In this document: positions 1 to 16,457 of the stretch, in pieces | How the letters are laid out: the number at the start of each line of letters is the position of its first letter | Numbering within the stretch: the first letter of the stretch is position 1 | Assembly (NCBI RefSeq): GCF_009914755.1 | Contig: NC_060927.1 | Reading direction: 5' to 3' (one strand) | Source of the DNA: the human T2T-CHM13v2.0 reference genome, Homo sapiens | Length of the DNA stretch: 64,000 nt | Made by a program: the position numbers and the translations under genes | The notes under the pieces: generated by a model | Told to the model about the DNA's origin: nothing | Seen by the model: only the letters and a program-made list of their open reading frames with translations | Databases searched by the model: none

Positions 1-109
1 GAATGCTGGTTGGGTGAACACACAGTGTACCTATCTTAATGCCATATAGGAAACAGAATTCTTACCCTGATTTTTAAAAATAATTTTTCCATCATAAAAT
101 AATACACAG

Positions 110-260
110 GGCCAGGCACATGCCTGTAATCGCAACACTTTGGGAGGCAGAGGCAAGAGGATAGCTTGAGCCCAGGAGTTCAAGGCTGTAGTGAGCAGTG
201 ACCCTGCTACTGTACTCCAGCCTAGGTGACAGAGTGAGACACTGTTTAAAACAAAAAACA
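110..260 (+). mobile_element. Old Alu monomer or internally deleted AluJ
   Basis: cctgtaat...tgggaggc...gtgacagagtgagac + A-rich tail. Confidence 0.8.
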
Positions 261-781
261 GCTATTAAAGACTTTTAAATACAGAAAAGTGTAATGCTTT
301 CTTCTTGCTGTAAATGTCTTTTAATATAGTACAGATTGTACTGTGTTTTTGTTTTATATTCTTAACATTATATCCTGAACATTTTCCCATAACAAGGAAA
401 CATAATTTAAAATTTCATTTTATTGTGGGACATTAGGTTGTTCCTGAGGAGATCGATTCTGGGGAATACCCATTGTATATTTATCCTAGTTTCTGATGAT
501 TTTGTTAGAAAAGATAACCAGAAAGCACGTTACTTTGTTCAGATATGAAGACTTTAGCTCCCGATATGTGTCCCCAGGTTAGTTCTTTAGCCAGCCCCGT
601 AGGGTCTACTAGCAAATGAATGCATTTCAGGATTCTGCTCAGGTGAGAAGGGTGACAGGAGAGTGAGTCACACTGACCTCTTCCCCTTCCTGTTCTTTAC
701 TTACAAACCACATGCCCTCGGCATGAATGGGCCCTATTTCACCTCTTTAGTTCTTTCTTATATAAAACACTGGACCTGATA

Positions 782-895
782 GCGGGGTGCAGTGGCTCAC
801 GCCTGTAATCCCAACATGTTGCGAGGTCAAGACGGGAGGATCGCTTGAGGTCAGGACTTAAAGACCAGCCTGGTCTCCACCAAAATAAAAAAACA
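782..895 (+). mobile_element. Alu left-arm monomer (FLAM-like)
   Basis: gcagtggctcacgcctgtaatccc...gaccagcctgg. Confidence 0.75.
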
Positions 896-1261
896 CACAC
901 ACATGACTTGATGATCTTTAAGACCATTCAATTCTTAATTCTAGCAAAAGACAGAAAGGAGACGATGTAGGAAGGGCTGGAGGGAGGGAGGCAAATTCTC
1001 ATTTGGATATAAATGGAGATGGGGAGGCCCTATAAGGGATACTTTCGTTTTTCACTAGTGGTGTCTTAGAGAGTTGTTTCATGCATAATTTATTGGATGA
1101 GTATCATTTGTTCCCTAAAGGATGCTAGGTTATATTTTTGAATTTTGTCAACAAAGCAATTTTTATGAAGCTGAAGATCATATTTTTCACATTTACTTTG
1201 ACATATCCGTGACTCAGATTGCGGAAACAGGCCTGAACCCCCAGTGCTTAGCTCAGTAACA

Positions 1262-1445
1262 GTGGTGATAATTTTGGGTGCCTGATACTGTTCCAAGCAC
1301 TTTCCATGCCTCAGCCTCACAGCAAACCCGGAGTAGGTTCTATTATTAGCTCCATTTTGCATCAGAGGAGAAAACTGCCCCAGGTCAAATAGCTGGTGTG
1401 TGGGGTGGAGCTGGGTTTGAGCCCAGGCCATGTGGCTGCTGCAGA
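1262..1445 (+). mobile_element. MIR SINE
   Basis: MIR core: attattagctccattttgca...gcccaggtca...agctg. Confidence 0.6.
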
Positions 1446-3204
1446 GGCCCGGGCTCTAACCAGGAAACAGTAGGTGCTGGGTAGCTCTTTATCCAAATGT
1501 GGAGGGAAGGGGGTTTTCCGAGGGCCATGGATTTGTACAGGCTGCCCTTTGTGCTACACGAAGTCCTTTAATCAATTTACTCTTCTCAGAACCCCTGCGA
1601 GGTAGGTGTCACCACTCCCATGTCACGCAGCACACAGCTGCTCAGTAAATAGTGGGGCTGGAGTTCGGAAGTCCACGGTCATCCCTCAGCATCAGGGGCC
1701 CTTGGATCAGGGCAAGGGGCACAAGAGGCTCACAAGCACGAGAGACTGAAGGAAAGCAAGAACTGCCTTTCCTAAAACTGATCTAAGACAGCGCCTGCTG
1801 ACAGGAGGTCACGGCTGTGTTCCGCTTCCCGCTTCCCCTTTCACCTGCTCCCTGTTCCCACTTCACAAGCAACAGATGCATCTCTCACACCTAGCAGCAC
1901 TGCTGCGGAGGTCCTGGATGTAAAAAATAAAAATAAAAAAACTAATAGTAAAATTAAAACCTCCTCACTGCCAGAAAAAAGTGAGAGAAGACAATTAAGA
2001 ATGTGCGTCCACGGTACCTCTTACGACAGTTGTCATGATGAGTCCAGGGTAGCGCTTTGTATCTGTCCCTTTTCTGTATGTATTTCTGTCCCAGACAATG
2101 TGGCATTAGAGATGGGGTGCTTTGACTTGGGATTTTCAGGATTCAGATGGATTATAGAGTGGAGGAGCAGAAAGAATGGCAATTGTTGTTTAATAATCTT
2201 ACTTCTCCTGTTTCCCAACTACTGTGAAAGATCGCCAAACCGCTGAAGACAAGTTCTGAGAAAAGAAGGCAAGGAGGGCATCAGTGAGCAACCATGAGGG
2301 CAGCAGGACCTTGTTTCTTCCACGTGACACTCGGGTCAAGGCTGCACACCTTATCTAACTATATTCCGGGTTGGAATAAAGCATGCTGCTTTTGAGTTCA
2401 TCCTCTCTGCCTCTTCACCATTCTCAGTAGTAAGGAGGAGCTTCGATAGTACTTCCTTCTCTGGTGCCTTGGTCTGTGTCCCAGGGGCATCCTTGAGAAT
2501 ATTGCAAAGAGGCGAAGGTAGGAAGTTCCCTATTCCTTACTGTACAGATGAACAGTACACCTTCGAGTAAAAGGAACATTGTAAGAGGTAAGTTTGTATT
2601 TTACATTTTCTTGGACATTTATTCATACTTTTCTAACCACTTAATGAAGGTACAGTTGACATACAGTTAGCCTCACATATTTGAAGTGTAAAATAAAAGT
2701 TTTGACAGGTGCACACCCATGCATCCATCACTACCATCAAGATAGTGAGCACATCTACCCCCTTTAATATCCTTCCTTCCCTACCACCCCTCCTGTCTCC
2801 ATACCCCCTCCCCAGGCAGTCACGATTTGCTCTCAGTCACTATAGATTCATTTTTATTTTCTAGAATTGTATATAAATGGAATCATACAGTATGTCCTGT
2901 TGTTCTAATTATTTTTGTCTGGCTTCTTTCACTCAGCATAATTATTTAGAGATTTATTCATGGTGCTGCATGTATCAATAGTTTGTTCCTTTTTATTGCT
3001 GAGTTAGATTCCATTGTGTGGCTATATCACAATGTGTGTATCCATTTATGTGCTGATGGATATTTGCATCCTGTGCAGTTTTTGGCTCTTATCAATAAAA
3101 CTGCTGTGAGCCTTTGTGTACAAGTCTTTGTGTGGACATATGTTTTCCTTCCTCTTGGGGAAAAACCTAGGAATGGAATGGCTGATCATATAGTAAGCAT
3201 ATGC

Positions 3205-3783
3205 TGTTAAATACAGATTATAGCAACCCGTTGTTTTGGACTAAGCTCCTGCACCAAGCCCCAATGGACCACTCTAAAAGTAAAAATGGAGTCACTCATG
3301 CTAAAGTTCCATATCACCAAACGGAAAATAAGTTATTATCTGACCTTCTACGAAATCAGAAGAGAGAACGGCCAATTCCCCAGACAGGCCAGTTTCAGTC
3401 TTTAATGGGCATGACAATGAAGTTCTCCATGTTTTCATCCTTATGACAAAAAGTCACCTGAAGTCACCTGACGGGAACCAGTTATCTTTCCCCTGTTTTG
3501 TCTCCCTGTCCCCCGTCACATGGAAAGTAACTTTGAAATGACCTCTACTCTTTTCTCTTAGTTTTTGCTTTCTTCAGCCCTTCTCTGTCTATAAAGCCAG
3601 CCTCTTCTGTTCAGCTCATTGGAATACTTACTCTATTTTATGGAATGAAGTGTTGCTCAATTCTAGAATGGCAATAAAATAGATAAATAAATAAAATAAA
3701 TAAATAATTAAAATAAAACAAATAAATAAATAAAACAGATAAAGTTCTTTAAGCTAAATTTGTTATAATTTTTGTCTTTTGAA
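3205..3783 (+). mobile_element. ERV1 MER4-group solo LTR (LTR54/MER57E-like)
   Basis: Starts TGTTAAA; aaaatggagtcactcatgctaaa motif; TATA and AATAAA; 4-bp TSD ATGC at 3201-3204 and 3784-3787. Confidence 0.75.
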
Positions 3784-3891
3784 ATGCTTGACTTCCAAAC
3801 TGTTTTCCAAAGTGGTTTCATTTCTCATTCTCACCAGCAGTGTAGAAGAATTCCAGTTGTCCCATATCCTTACTATGCCTTGTATGATTAG

Positions 3892-4204
<313 letters not shown>

Positions 4205-4399
4205 TGATCAGCCTTTTTAATTTTACCCATTGTAATAATATGCTGTGGTATCTCGTTGTTTTAATTTGCATTTTCCTAACGACTAAGGATGTTGATCGTC
4301 TTTCCACTTGTTTATTTACCACCCCTAAATCAGCTCTGGCGGAGGGCCTCTTCAAACCTTTTCCCCATTTTTTTACTGGATTTTTTTTTCCTCACTGGA

Positions 4400-4530
4400 T
4401 TTTTGTTTCTTGGTTTGGTTTTTGAGACAGGGTTGTGTTCAGGCTTGTCTTGAACTCCTGAGTTCAAGCAGTCCTCCCACCTCAGCCTGCTGAGTACCTG
4501 GGATTACAGGTGTGTGCCACCATGCCTGAG
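4400..4530 (-). mobile_element. Alu monomer fragment
   Basis: gagacaggg...ctcagcc...gggattacaggtgtgtgccacc. Confidence 0.75.
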
Positions 4531-6852
4531 TCTCATTGGGCTTTGATCATTTTTTATATGTTCTGGATTTGCAAGTGTTTTCTCCTAGCCTGTGACTTAT
4601 CTCTTCATTCTTTTAACAATGTCTTTCTTACTTTTGATGAAGTCCAATAAATCAATATTTTCTTTTATGGATTGTTGTGCCTTTGATGTCACATCAATCC
4701 TTGCCTAACCCAAGCTCATAAAGATTTTCTCGTATTTTTCTTTTAAAAGTTTTACCATTTTTATTACATTCTGCCAAAAGATTATCAAATACTATAAAAT
4801 CCATATTCATCTTTTACTTGGGCACAAGTCTTCTCATCATTGCCAACTTGTCTATTTTTAAAAATTTCTGCCATAGATTTCAATGTCCACAATCTAAAAG
4901 ATTTCGTCTGTAAATAATTCATTTAACAACAATGATTTTTCAATTTCTGAACTTACTGGCCTTCTGAGATGTCGCACACTCTCTCTTGTGCACACATTGT
5001 CTTTCTCTCCTGTTAATTTTTCTCATTGTGGTAATAAGTGACGTTTATTCTAAACTTCTGTTCTCTAAAATTTTACTTTGTATTTAATAATTGTCAAAGT
5101 TCAAATATCTTTATAATGTTTGATATCAATAATAATCATGGATATCTTAATCCCAAATACATTTTTAAACTTAGATCTTATAAGACATTTTTAAAATTAA
5201 AATTATAATTCATATACATATTTTCATTGCAGAGAAGTATGATAGGTGAACAATGAAAAACTTTCAGGCTTAAAAATGTATTACATTAAAATAAAATTCT
5301 GTGGGGGAAGTAGAAGGATACTCCGAGGAGTAAAAGGAACAAAGCAAATTTTCCATTTGTTCAAGAATTCTTTCTCTATTTTTTTAAAACGCTGTACTTT
5401 TTAGATTCTCTTGACTACATTTTAAAAGAACAGTTATATTTTTAAAATGTCACTATTTACAATATGCCAGAAATTACATCTTTTGCAGCTCTTTACAATG
5501 AGAAATTCTAGATGTCAACGTAAAAATTGTGAGGGTGTAACTAATGTTTTGGAAATCTTTCAGAAAGTATGTGGTAAAAAAATAATAATAACAATAATAG
5601 TCTTCTACCCCACAGTACTTCACAGAAACGAACAAGCAGGAACATGTGTGGTGCTGGCTGAGAGCTGGATTCACTCCTCTGAGTGGGGAGATAAGATGTC
5701 CGGGAACTGGATTTACCTCAGCACATAGACCGTTTATTTCTGGATGTGGCCCAGGAAAGCAAACACAAATGTGTCAAACTCCTCTTTTCTCTGAAAGAGA
5801 ATTTAAAAGTAAAGATCATAGGCCAAGCCAATGGTAACATCTTTTGGGCAAAGAATCTCCTTTGTAGGGTATTTGGGTAGAGGGAGAAGTTGGTCCAGGA
5901 GAGTGAGTTCTGAGCCACACCCGTGGATGTCCATGAGATAGAGAGCTCCTACAGTTACAAGAATCATAGAGTCACTTCAGCCATCATAAGAAGTGATTCG
6001 ACTGGATATGGGTTGGAGCCAAGAGGGGGCCAGCTACCCTTTCTCTCTCTCCCTCCCTGTCTCTCAATCTCAGCCAGTCCAGTCTTTCTCCCTCGCAGTC
6101 TCGGTGTTTCTGCTACATTCTTCTATTGCTACTAGCCTATCTTATCCTCATTCTTCAGTCCAGATCCCACAGACAGCCACTCTGACTGGCTTAGCTGATT
6201 TCCCTCTGGGCTTTTGGGTAGGGTCCTTCAAGACTGCACACCGTGGCAGGCAGCCAATCTGTAGCCATCCCTGTGCAAAGACCAGCTCAACACTGCTTGT
6301 CTGTTGGGAGGAGGATGGGTGGGAGGAGCTGTTTCAGAAACCTGGGAGTAATAGACATGACAAAACCGTGACTGAGATGTCCATTTGCCTGTCATTTTCT
6401 AGGGTGGAGATGGAAGTCTGGTCTTCCCATGCCCACTTGTCTCAAGCCCCTCCCACACATCAAGTGACAGTAACAGCTTTTCTATCACCATTTAGGGATC
6501 ATATGGACATTAAAATGAAGATGAAGAGAACACAGGAACTCTGTAAGTCTAAAAAGATGCCCTAAACAGCCAGAAGGGCCCCACTCCTTGCCCGGATCAC
6601 AAGTGCTGGTAACGGAGGGTTGGGGGAACCAGGGAGGAATTCCAGGAACCCTGGGCCTTGTCCCTACTCCTGAGATAAGGAAAGGGGTGGAAGAAGGGAG
6701 GGCCGTAGGATCCCAGACAGCTTCAGTGTCGAGGGCTTTGGGATTCCCTCTGCCCAAAATGCCCAGGTATAGATCCTGAAAGCCCCAACATCACTGACTT
6801 CTTTGAGGTCAGACCCTGAAAACCTTTATGCACAGTCAACCAGTCACACTTA

Positions 6853-7290
<438 letters not shown>

Positions 7291-7638
7291 CCAGGTGTAG
7301 TGTGGCTCTAAAGGAACATCTGACCAGGTTCCTGGGGAACCAGGGCCATGGGAGGAAGAAGGGACTCTTCTCCCATGAGAAGGGCCTGGAGATGCAGGGA
7401 CTGTCAAGTCACTTTGGCCAACTTTTTTGCTCCCCTAGAATGAACTCTGCACTAAAAGTGGAGAATCACTTCTATGAGAGAAAGACATAAAAAGAAAAGA
7501 TATAAGGTAATGTTACAGTAAGTTGGGCAAATCTATCAAAATTTAAAAACATGTATACTCTTTGAGTAATTCTATTTTTTCAGAATTCATTCTGCCATTA
7601 TAGCTATATATATATAAGGATAGTATTCACCTGTATTT

Positions 7639-8141
<503 letters not shown>

Positions 8142-8291
8142 CTAAAATCAATATTGGGTTAAAGTTGGGGTCAAAACCAAATATTACCATCTCAGAATGA
8201 AACTCCTGGGATGCAAGAATTAACCTGAAATTTCATCCCAAAGAATGTAATTATTATTATAGTTTTGCTAATGGTCAAATTCTAAGTTTGA

Positions 8292-8667
<376 letters not shown>

Positions 8668-9484
8668 TTCACTGCAGTTTTGTCATAAGAAATAGACGGT
8701 CACTTTCCACTGAGAATGGGAGAGAAGCCAGGTATTTTTCGGATATTACATTTTCCTGTACTTTTTTTCTTTTCTTCATTCTCTTTATATCCCTTGTTAT
8801 GTCTGAATCAAAGGTGATTTGTCATGGATATTGTACATGGTTTTGCAATTTTTTTCTGCTTATGGAATGTTGAGATAGAAAAGCTAACATTCTTTTTTTA
8901 AAAATTCATTTTCATAAGATGTGAATTCCCAAATAGAATTTATTCCTGAAAGACTCATAACCTAAATGGAATTAAATATCAAAAATCAAACATAATTGTT
9001 AAAGGTGATTTTATTTACCATAATGCATGTGAGATATGCACCAAACTAGACAGATACTAGAGTTATGACTTAATCAAATATCTATTATTCTGACTGGTAT
9101 TATTGAAAATTGTTTAACATTCATTGGCTTACAGAGATGATAATGTTCTTCCTAAAGTTATCTCACTAACATTCTCTCTCAATATTCTTTTTAATTCTCA
9201 GTCTTTTTCTCAATTTATTTGCTATTTAAAGGTGCTTGTTTTTGAACATAAAATTAGCAGCTTTCACCATCATTATGTGAAACATTAATTATTATGGCTT
9301 TTTAATCTTATAATAATAAATATATGTAGTTCAAATGACTGAGAATTTTAACATATGAAGCATAAAAGAGACTTTCACTTCAAGACTCATTTGATATTTA
9401 TAGTGAGTATCATCTATTAATAAATCTAAATGGTATGCCTCATGCATATTACTAATGTTGATATGCTGATTAGATATAATGATA

Positions 9485-9814
<330 letters not shown>

Positions 9815-11403
9815 TTAAGCACAAACTCTCAGGGATATTATAAATAATACTGAGGTAGGCATTCAGCTACTGAAACTTCCAAAAGCTGAGGTTGAAGGCC
9901 AATTCAAAGATTTCTACTGAATATCGAGGCCAAAGCTGACTTTTGGTGCATTTTATGTACACACATGATAAACATACATATATGTGTCTGTGTCCCTGAT
10001 CTACCTCTAGGTGCCTCATGGAATGAGATCTTGGGGCCTAGGAATCAAGAATGGGAGATTCACTTTTTATTGGATATCCTTTTGTACTGTGAGCTCTTTG
10101 GAGCCTACACCCCTAGGAATCTCGGAAGGGAGATTTATCAGGGGTGGTGGGGGAAGTGGACCCTCTGTTTTTGAGAGTGCTCAGTGCTGGGCAGAGCTGA
10201 TTAGGAATGTCCAAGTACGGTGGGGGTCCTGTATCCTACCAGCCCTGGAAACTGGGGTGCAAACCTAGGGAAACATCTCCCTTTTAGGGTGATTGGAGGG
10301 TGATTGGTGGAAGGACCTTATTGGTAGGGATAAATTTTCCCACAAACTCCAGAGTTCACATTTCAGACTCTAAAGCCTGAGCCTCCCCCAGTCAGCACAG
10401 CTACAGAATTAGAGGTGCAGCCCCCAAGGACTAAGTGAGTGCCCTGTTGGCAGCTCAGGATGAGGAGAGAGGCTTTTCCAGAGCAGCGTGTTTGGGGCTG
10501 GCCTGCAGGGTTCTCAGTGAGTCGTCAGGGTGACCTAGCAGTGCAGCTGGGGGCCATGGAGTGGTCTGAGTGGCAGGCCAGGCTGGCTCAGAACAGCTGG
10601 GCCCTGGGAGGAGCCTGGGGCCCCAGTGAGCACAGGCCTGGTGGACCTCCAGTTAAAAGACTCCTTCCTAGGGAGCTCCTGAAATGCTGGACCCAGGTGA
10701 CTGACACATCGTTTGGTAGAAATGGCGGGATGTCTCTCCTCTTCTGGAAGATCCCCTTTTGGAATGCTGCAAGTCTCAGAGGCAAGGCTCGTCCAGTTGG
10801 CTGTCCAAGGAAGACATATTCACAGGTTCCTGTGTGAGGATGATGGGTTCAGGGTGTCTTATTTCCCCAGATGGCCCAGCCTAAGGCACACAGCTACTTC
10901 TATGGCCAAAATTCTCTTCAGGGGATTGATATGTTACACTCCCACCAGCAGTGTATTCTCATTTGATGGTTACTAACCCTAAGGGCTAACACTGATGAGT
11001 ACTTGCTACCTGCAAACCTTCACTTCTGGAAATTTATCCTAAGGACATAGGAATATGTATAATAGAAGGAGGTTCATAATAGTATTCGTTGGTAAAAGAA
11101 ATTTTGAAACAAATGAGAGTGGTTTAAATAAATTATGATACATTTATGTAATAGAATGGTACATTTACATAATAGAGAATAAAATGTATGTCATGGAATG
11201 GATAATTCTATGTAATAGAAATAGAACTTATATAACAGAAAGTTAGGATTTTTCAACCATTATGCAAACCTTTTCCAAAGTAAATCTTAGTGGCATAAAC
11301 AAATAAAATATATAAAAATTGAACTTTCTCTTATTGAAGTGGTGGGGTGGGGTACATTTTTACCTGTGAAGCCCTGCAAACAAAGCCCTCTCTCCCTCCC
11401 TGA

Positions 11404-11731
<328 letters not shown>

Positions 11732-12499
11732 TAACAATGTAGGAAAATAATGATATAATGTTTTGTCTTAAAATCAGAATAAAAACCATCCACATAGAAT
11801 ATCTTAATTTTATGAAACACTCTCAAATCTGCACAGAGCCATAGAAAAATGCCTGGAAAAAGGGCATATTAAAATGATGGTTGTCTCCTGGTTGGATTTT
11901 AGGGCATCTGTATTTTTCTTTTTAATAAGCTTTTCTTTTTATTTTCCAAAATTTCTTTAATGAACATGTACCATGGTTATAATCAGGGGAAAACAAGAAG
12001 TTATTTATTTCCCTCCCAATATTTACCCCAACATTCAGTTGGGACCAAAAAGCTCAAAGGCTCGTCCCTCTGGTGTTGTATCCCGCATGATTAAAAATTG
12101 TAATATATATTAAAAAGTTATGATTAAGTCCATATACAGTGTTTCAGTTATGCGATTATTATCAATATGATCATGGTTGAACCAATGGTAAACAAGGATT
12201 ACATTTCCCTTCCTTGTGCTCTTTTTTTTTCCTTTTCTGGTGCTAATAATCATCTCATTTTTGGAGGGAAGACGATGTAACAGGGATGGGACAAAGAAAG
12301 GGATTCTGGGCTGGCTGTTAAAGCTCTATTTCTTGACCTGGATTATTGTTACAAGGGTGTTTGCCCTACATTCACTAAGCTATACTTGCTTTTTTATGGT
12401 TTTCTGTACCTGTGTTTTATTTTACAAAAAAGAAAAAAAGCTTAAATAAACTATGCAACAAGAACCAATAAAGCCTCTCTTTGCTTAGTTTTCTTTGAA

Positions 12500-13860
12500 T
12501 GCAACTTTAAGTCTTTCTACAACCCACCCCCAGTAGTTTTATAAAATAAATCTTCATACAACTTTCCATACAAACCTGCCACATAACCTATCAGTTCCAT
12601 TTTCTCCTGGATCCTGCGGGGTGCATACCATCCTCCAATACCAATCTGAATTGGTTGCCCACTAGGACTGCTTCCTGGCTTCAGCCCCTCTTCACCCCCT
12701 TCCTGTGTTAGGTCCCCTTTCTTCTGGATGCACATTTTCTTTGTTTACTTCCTTGTTTTAATGAAACCAAGGCACATGTGAGATATATTCTTTGAGACTC
12801 TGCATGTCTAAATGTCTTTATTCTCATATGACTGACTCATAGTTTGGCTGGATATAAAATTCACAACTGAACATCATTTTTACTCAAAAAATTTTAAGTA
12901 CAATTTTCATTGTATTCTAGCTTCAAATTTTGTTAGTAAGAGACTTTCATATTCCTTTTTTTTTTTTTCGGTCTGTTGTTGAAATGTTCTTTTCAAGCCT
13001 AGTGTTTTGAAGCCTAGTATTTTGAAAAGTCATATGACTCGGGAGATCTTTTTCATCTATGGTTCTAGGTACTGAATGTGGCCTTTTATCTGGAGACCTC
13101 CTTCTTTGGTCCTGGTAAATTTTCCTGTACTCTTTCTTTGATATTTCTCTTCTGAGTTTTCTCATGAGCTGTTAGACCTCCTGGGCTGATCCTCTTGTTT
13201 TCTTATCTTTTCCCTCTTCTTTTCTTTTTTCTTGTAAAAGGCAAAAGATTTATTCATTCTGAAGGGAAACCAGAGCATCCCCTCTTATTTTCTATCTCTT
13301 TGTCTTTTGTTCAACTTTCTGGGAAATTTCTTGTCTCTTTAAGCCCTTTAGCTAATTTTTTTGCTATCATATTTTTTAATTTCTATGAACTTAAATATGT
13401 CCTTTAAAAATTACATCACGTATTTATTTCATATAGCATCTTCACTCATTTCTGAAGAATATGGTGTCTTTGAAGTGCTCTCTCTGTATTGTCTCTGTTT
13501 TCACTGAGTTCCACTTTATCTGTTTCTTTGTTTTGGTGTCTCTTTCATGTTGGACCTTTTCCTCTGATGTCTGTGATCCTTATGTGCCGATTCGTACCAC
13601 CCTCCTTGTGAGGGAGCACATTCTGAGATTCCTCACCTCTGGGCCAGGGCTGGTTACCAAACAGCCTTTGCTTACTATGCCACCTCATCTGCAAGCAGTG
13701 TGGATGCACTAAAAACTAACTGCAAGCTCTGTGTACAGGGTACTGTTTGTAAACGAGTGTACTTTGCTCTAGGACTATATAGCATGATGACCAGCTAGCT
13801 TATTTCAGAATTTGTAGGGTTAGTTCATTTCTTCAAAAGATCATCTTCTAGTCTTCTGCC
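12500..13860 (-). mobile_element. Ancient L1ME-type fragment
   Basis: T-rich antisense L1 text; shares motifs with the 40270-44230 fragment. Confidence 0.6.
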
Positions 13861-13863
13861 TGG

Positions 13864-13932
13864 GGAGGAGGAGGAAGAAAAAGGGGAGGAGGAAAAAGAG
13901 GAGGGGGAGGAAAAAGAGGAGGGGGAGGAAAA
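13864..13932 (+). repeat. Purine-rich tandem repeat (GAGGAGGGGGAGGAAAAA)x~3
   Basis: Directly visible. Confidence 0.85.
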
Positions 13933-14904
13933 GCCTGGCTGTCAGAGTCTTGGAGTTAGCTTAGGAAAGGCAATGGCTGAATCCCACTGACAACCAGAGT
14001 CTGTCCAGACAACTCCTTACCACACACCCACCTCTGGGCCTGGTGTCCCCAAGTCCAAGGTTTCTCTGGTTCATTGTCTTAAGGGAACATACTTATTGCC
14101 CCCTGTGGAGACAGCGGAGTGGTGACGACTGTAACGGTGGAGAGTGAAGACAATTTGAAAGTCTAGCTGAAGCTTACACACAGATGTACAACCAATCCCT
14201 CTCTTTTCAGTCCCCACCTTAACCCCACCTTTCTCATTCCTGGTTTCTCTGGTATCCGGTTCTTTCTGAAATCACTTGGATGCTTAAGTTTGGCCCACAT
14301 CCATTCTACTGGATGCCTGGTTCCTCCATCTGCTTTCTGTCTTCATGGATCATGACTTGGGGTTATACATACATCCTAGATTTACTGAAAATAGTGACAG
14401 AACTTTTGTTTTTTATTCTGTTTTGGGGGTGATTCTGAGAGAAAGAGGGATAAATGTCTTTATACCACCATTTAAAATCCCTAAGTCTCTGCCTTGGTTT
14501 TTAGTATAACTGTGATTATCTTTTTGGTTTTCTGTATCCTCTAAATTTTCTGCAATGAATACATATGACTTTAATAAGAAAATGCATACACACTCAAAAA
14601 GTCATTTATACACAAAGGGATGCAAAAAAGCCTGGAGCACCCACTCCTGCATCTTCCTTACTCCTGCTGAGCCAGCTGGGACAAGGAAGAATCCCTTGCC
14701 CTTCACGCCTCAGCTCCCTGACATCTGTCAGAGATCCCCAGACCCTCCTTGTCAGGGAGCACATCCTGGGGTTCCTCACCTCTGGGCCAGGGTTGTTTAC
14801 TTAATAGCCCTTACCAACTTTGCCAGCTCATCTGCGAGCAGTGTGGATCCTTCATGCATTCTGAATGGTCATGCCTCCAAAGCCACATTTTTGCAAAGAG
14901 AATT

Positions 14905-14906
<2 letters not shown>

Positions 14907-14950
<44 letters not shown>
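14907..14950 (+). repeat. (GT)22 microsatellite
   Basis: Directly visible. Confidence 0.97.
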
Positions 14951-14951
<1 letters not shown>

Positions 14952-15184
14952 GAACTGGCACTCAAAGATTGACATTCTGCTGATGCCACTGCAGTCAACA
15001 TCGGGTGGGCATTGCCCGGGAAGTCTCCATGACCACTTCCTACAGACCTACCTGGTCCCTCCACTTGAACACACCATGAGGGGCCCTTCTGAAGCAGGCA
15101 CCCTGGGCCCTGGAACACTCTTAAACTTCAATGACCCTCTGGTCCAAGGGGGCTCTGAGACCCCAGGATCTAAAATGCCCTGCT

Positions 15185-15479
15185 AGCTGGGTGCAGTGGC
15201 TCACGCCTATAATCCCAACACTTTGGTAGGCTGAGGGGGACAGATTGCTTGAGTCCAGGAGTTCGAGACCAACCTGGGCAACATGGTGAAACCTCACCTC
15301 TCAAAAAAAAAAAAAAAAATATCAAGCATGGTGGCACACGCCTGTAGTCCCAGCTACTCAGAAGGCTGAGGTAGGAGGATCGCTTCAGCCTGGGAGGCAG
15401 AGGTTACAGTAAGCTGAGATTGCACCACTGTGCTCCAATCGGGGAGACAGAGCAAGAATCTGTCTCAAAAATAAATATA

Positions 15480-15510
<31 letters not shown>

Positions 15511-15514
15511 AAAA
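15185..15514 (+). mobile_element. Alu (J-type) with (TAAA)n tail
   Basis: Dimer; TSD taaaatgccctg. Confidence 0.9.
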
Positions 15515-16400
15515 TGCCCTGTAGGCCCCCATGAGCTCGAGACACATGGGGCTAAGAGGAACCAGTCAGGAATCCCAAGTACTCACATACTTCCTGAGCT
15601 CTCGGATGGGGCTCCACTGTGCTGATGACACTGCCATTCCAGTTGTCCCAGGTAAGCAGGAAAGATTTCAGGCATGTTCTTTCCTCCTCCTTGCTTCCAG
15701 GAACCTTTAAGCTTCAAGCACTCCTCCCTCCACTCCCCAAGAGCTTCCGCCTCCTCTACCACTAGGATGGCAGGTTTTACAGCCTGACCTACAATTAGAT
15801 TCTGCTGGGAATCCTAGGAGAATTGATCCAGCCAATTAAGTCAGGAAATTGCTCTCTAAATTTAACATGTCCGTCAATCTCATCCAAAATGGCAGCATTG
15901 ATTTGGTGGGCTGAGGCTTTGAGGTTATCTTTATTTAATCCAGCAAAAACTATATTAGGCTTCTCCCACCTCACAGATTTGCCTGTTTCTCAAATTTGAT
16001 TTTATTAAACTCAGCAGTATAAATATCTCATAAAATAATTCTCATCAACACTCTCCCGCTGGACTCACACCCTGGAGCTGTTGCCTGAAGAGATGCTAAA
16101 GGAGCAGGCAGAACTCTCGCCTGTTTTGTCGCCTTTGGTGTACCTTATGTCCCCACTTGTGAATCTGCTTATCCCCAACATCTTTTCCAAAAAGGGTGTA
16201 GGACAATGTATGTGTACACTGTATGTGTATTTCCATTCTACAAATGGAAAGATATCATCTATTAAAGATAAGGCTACTTGGGGCATTTCCCCCGCCTTGA
16301 GAGACCATCTGCCACCCTGGTGCATTGCTCAGATTGCCTAGACTATGCAAGAGGAGCCCACGCACAGATGCACAGAGACATTTGGAGACTGGATATCATC

Positions 16401-16406
16401 TTTAAT
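16401..16406 (-). terminator. Polyadenylation signal ATTAAA
   Basis: tttaat on + strand; a GU-rich element (tgtctctgtgcatctgtgcgtg) follows ~25 nt downstream on the minus strand. Confidence 0.7.
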
Positions 16407-16457
16407 TAATAATGCCACAGCCCAATGTCTTTTTTGTTGCTGTAGCAAATTGTGATT

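Noticed and set aside
4765-5520. AT-rich block, possibly a DNA-transposon fossil
   Set aside because: Could not assign a family or termini by eye
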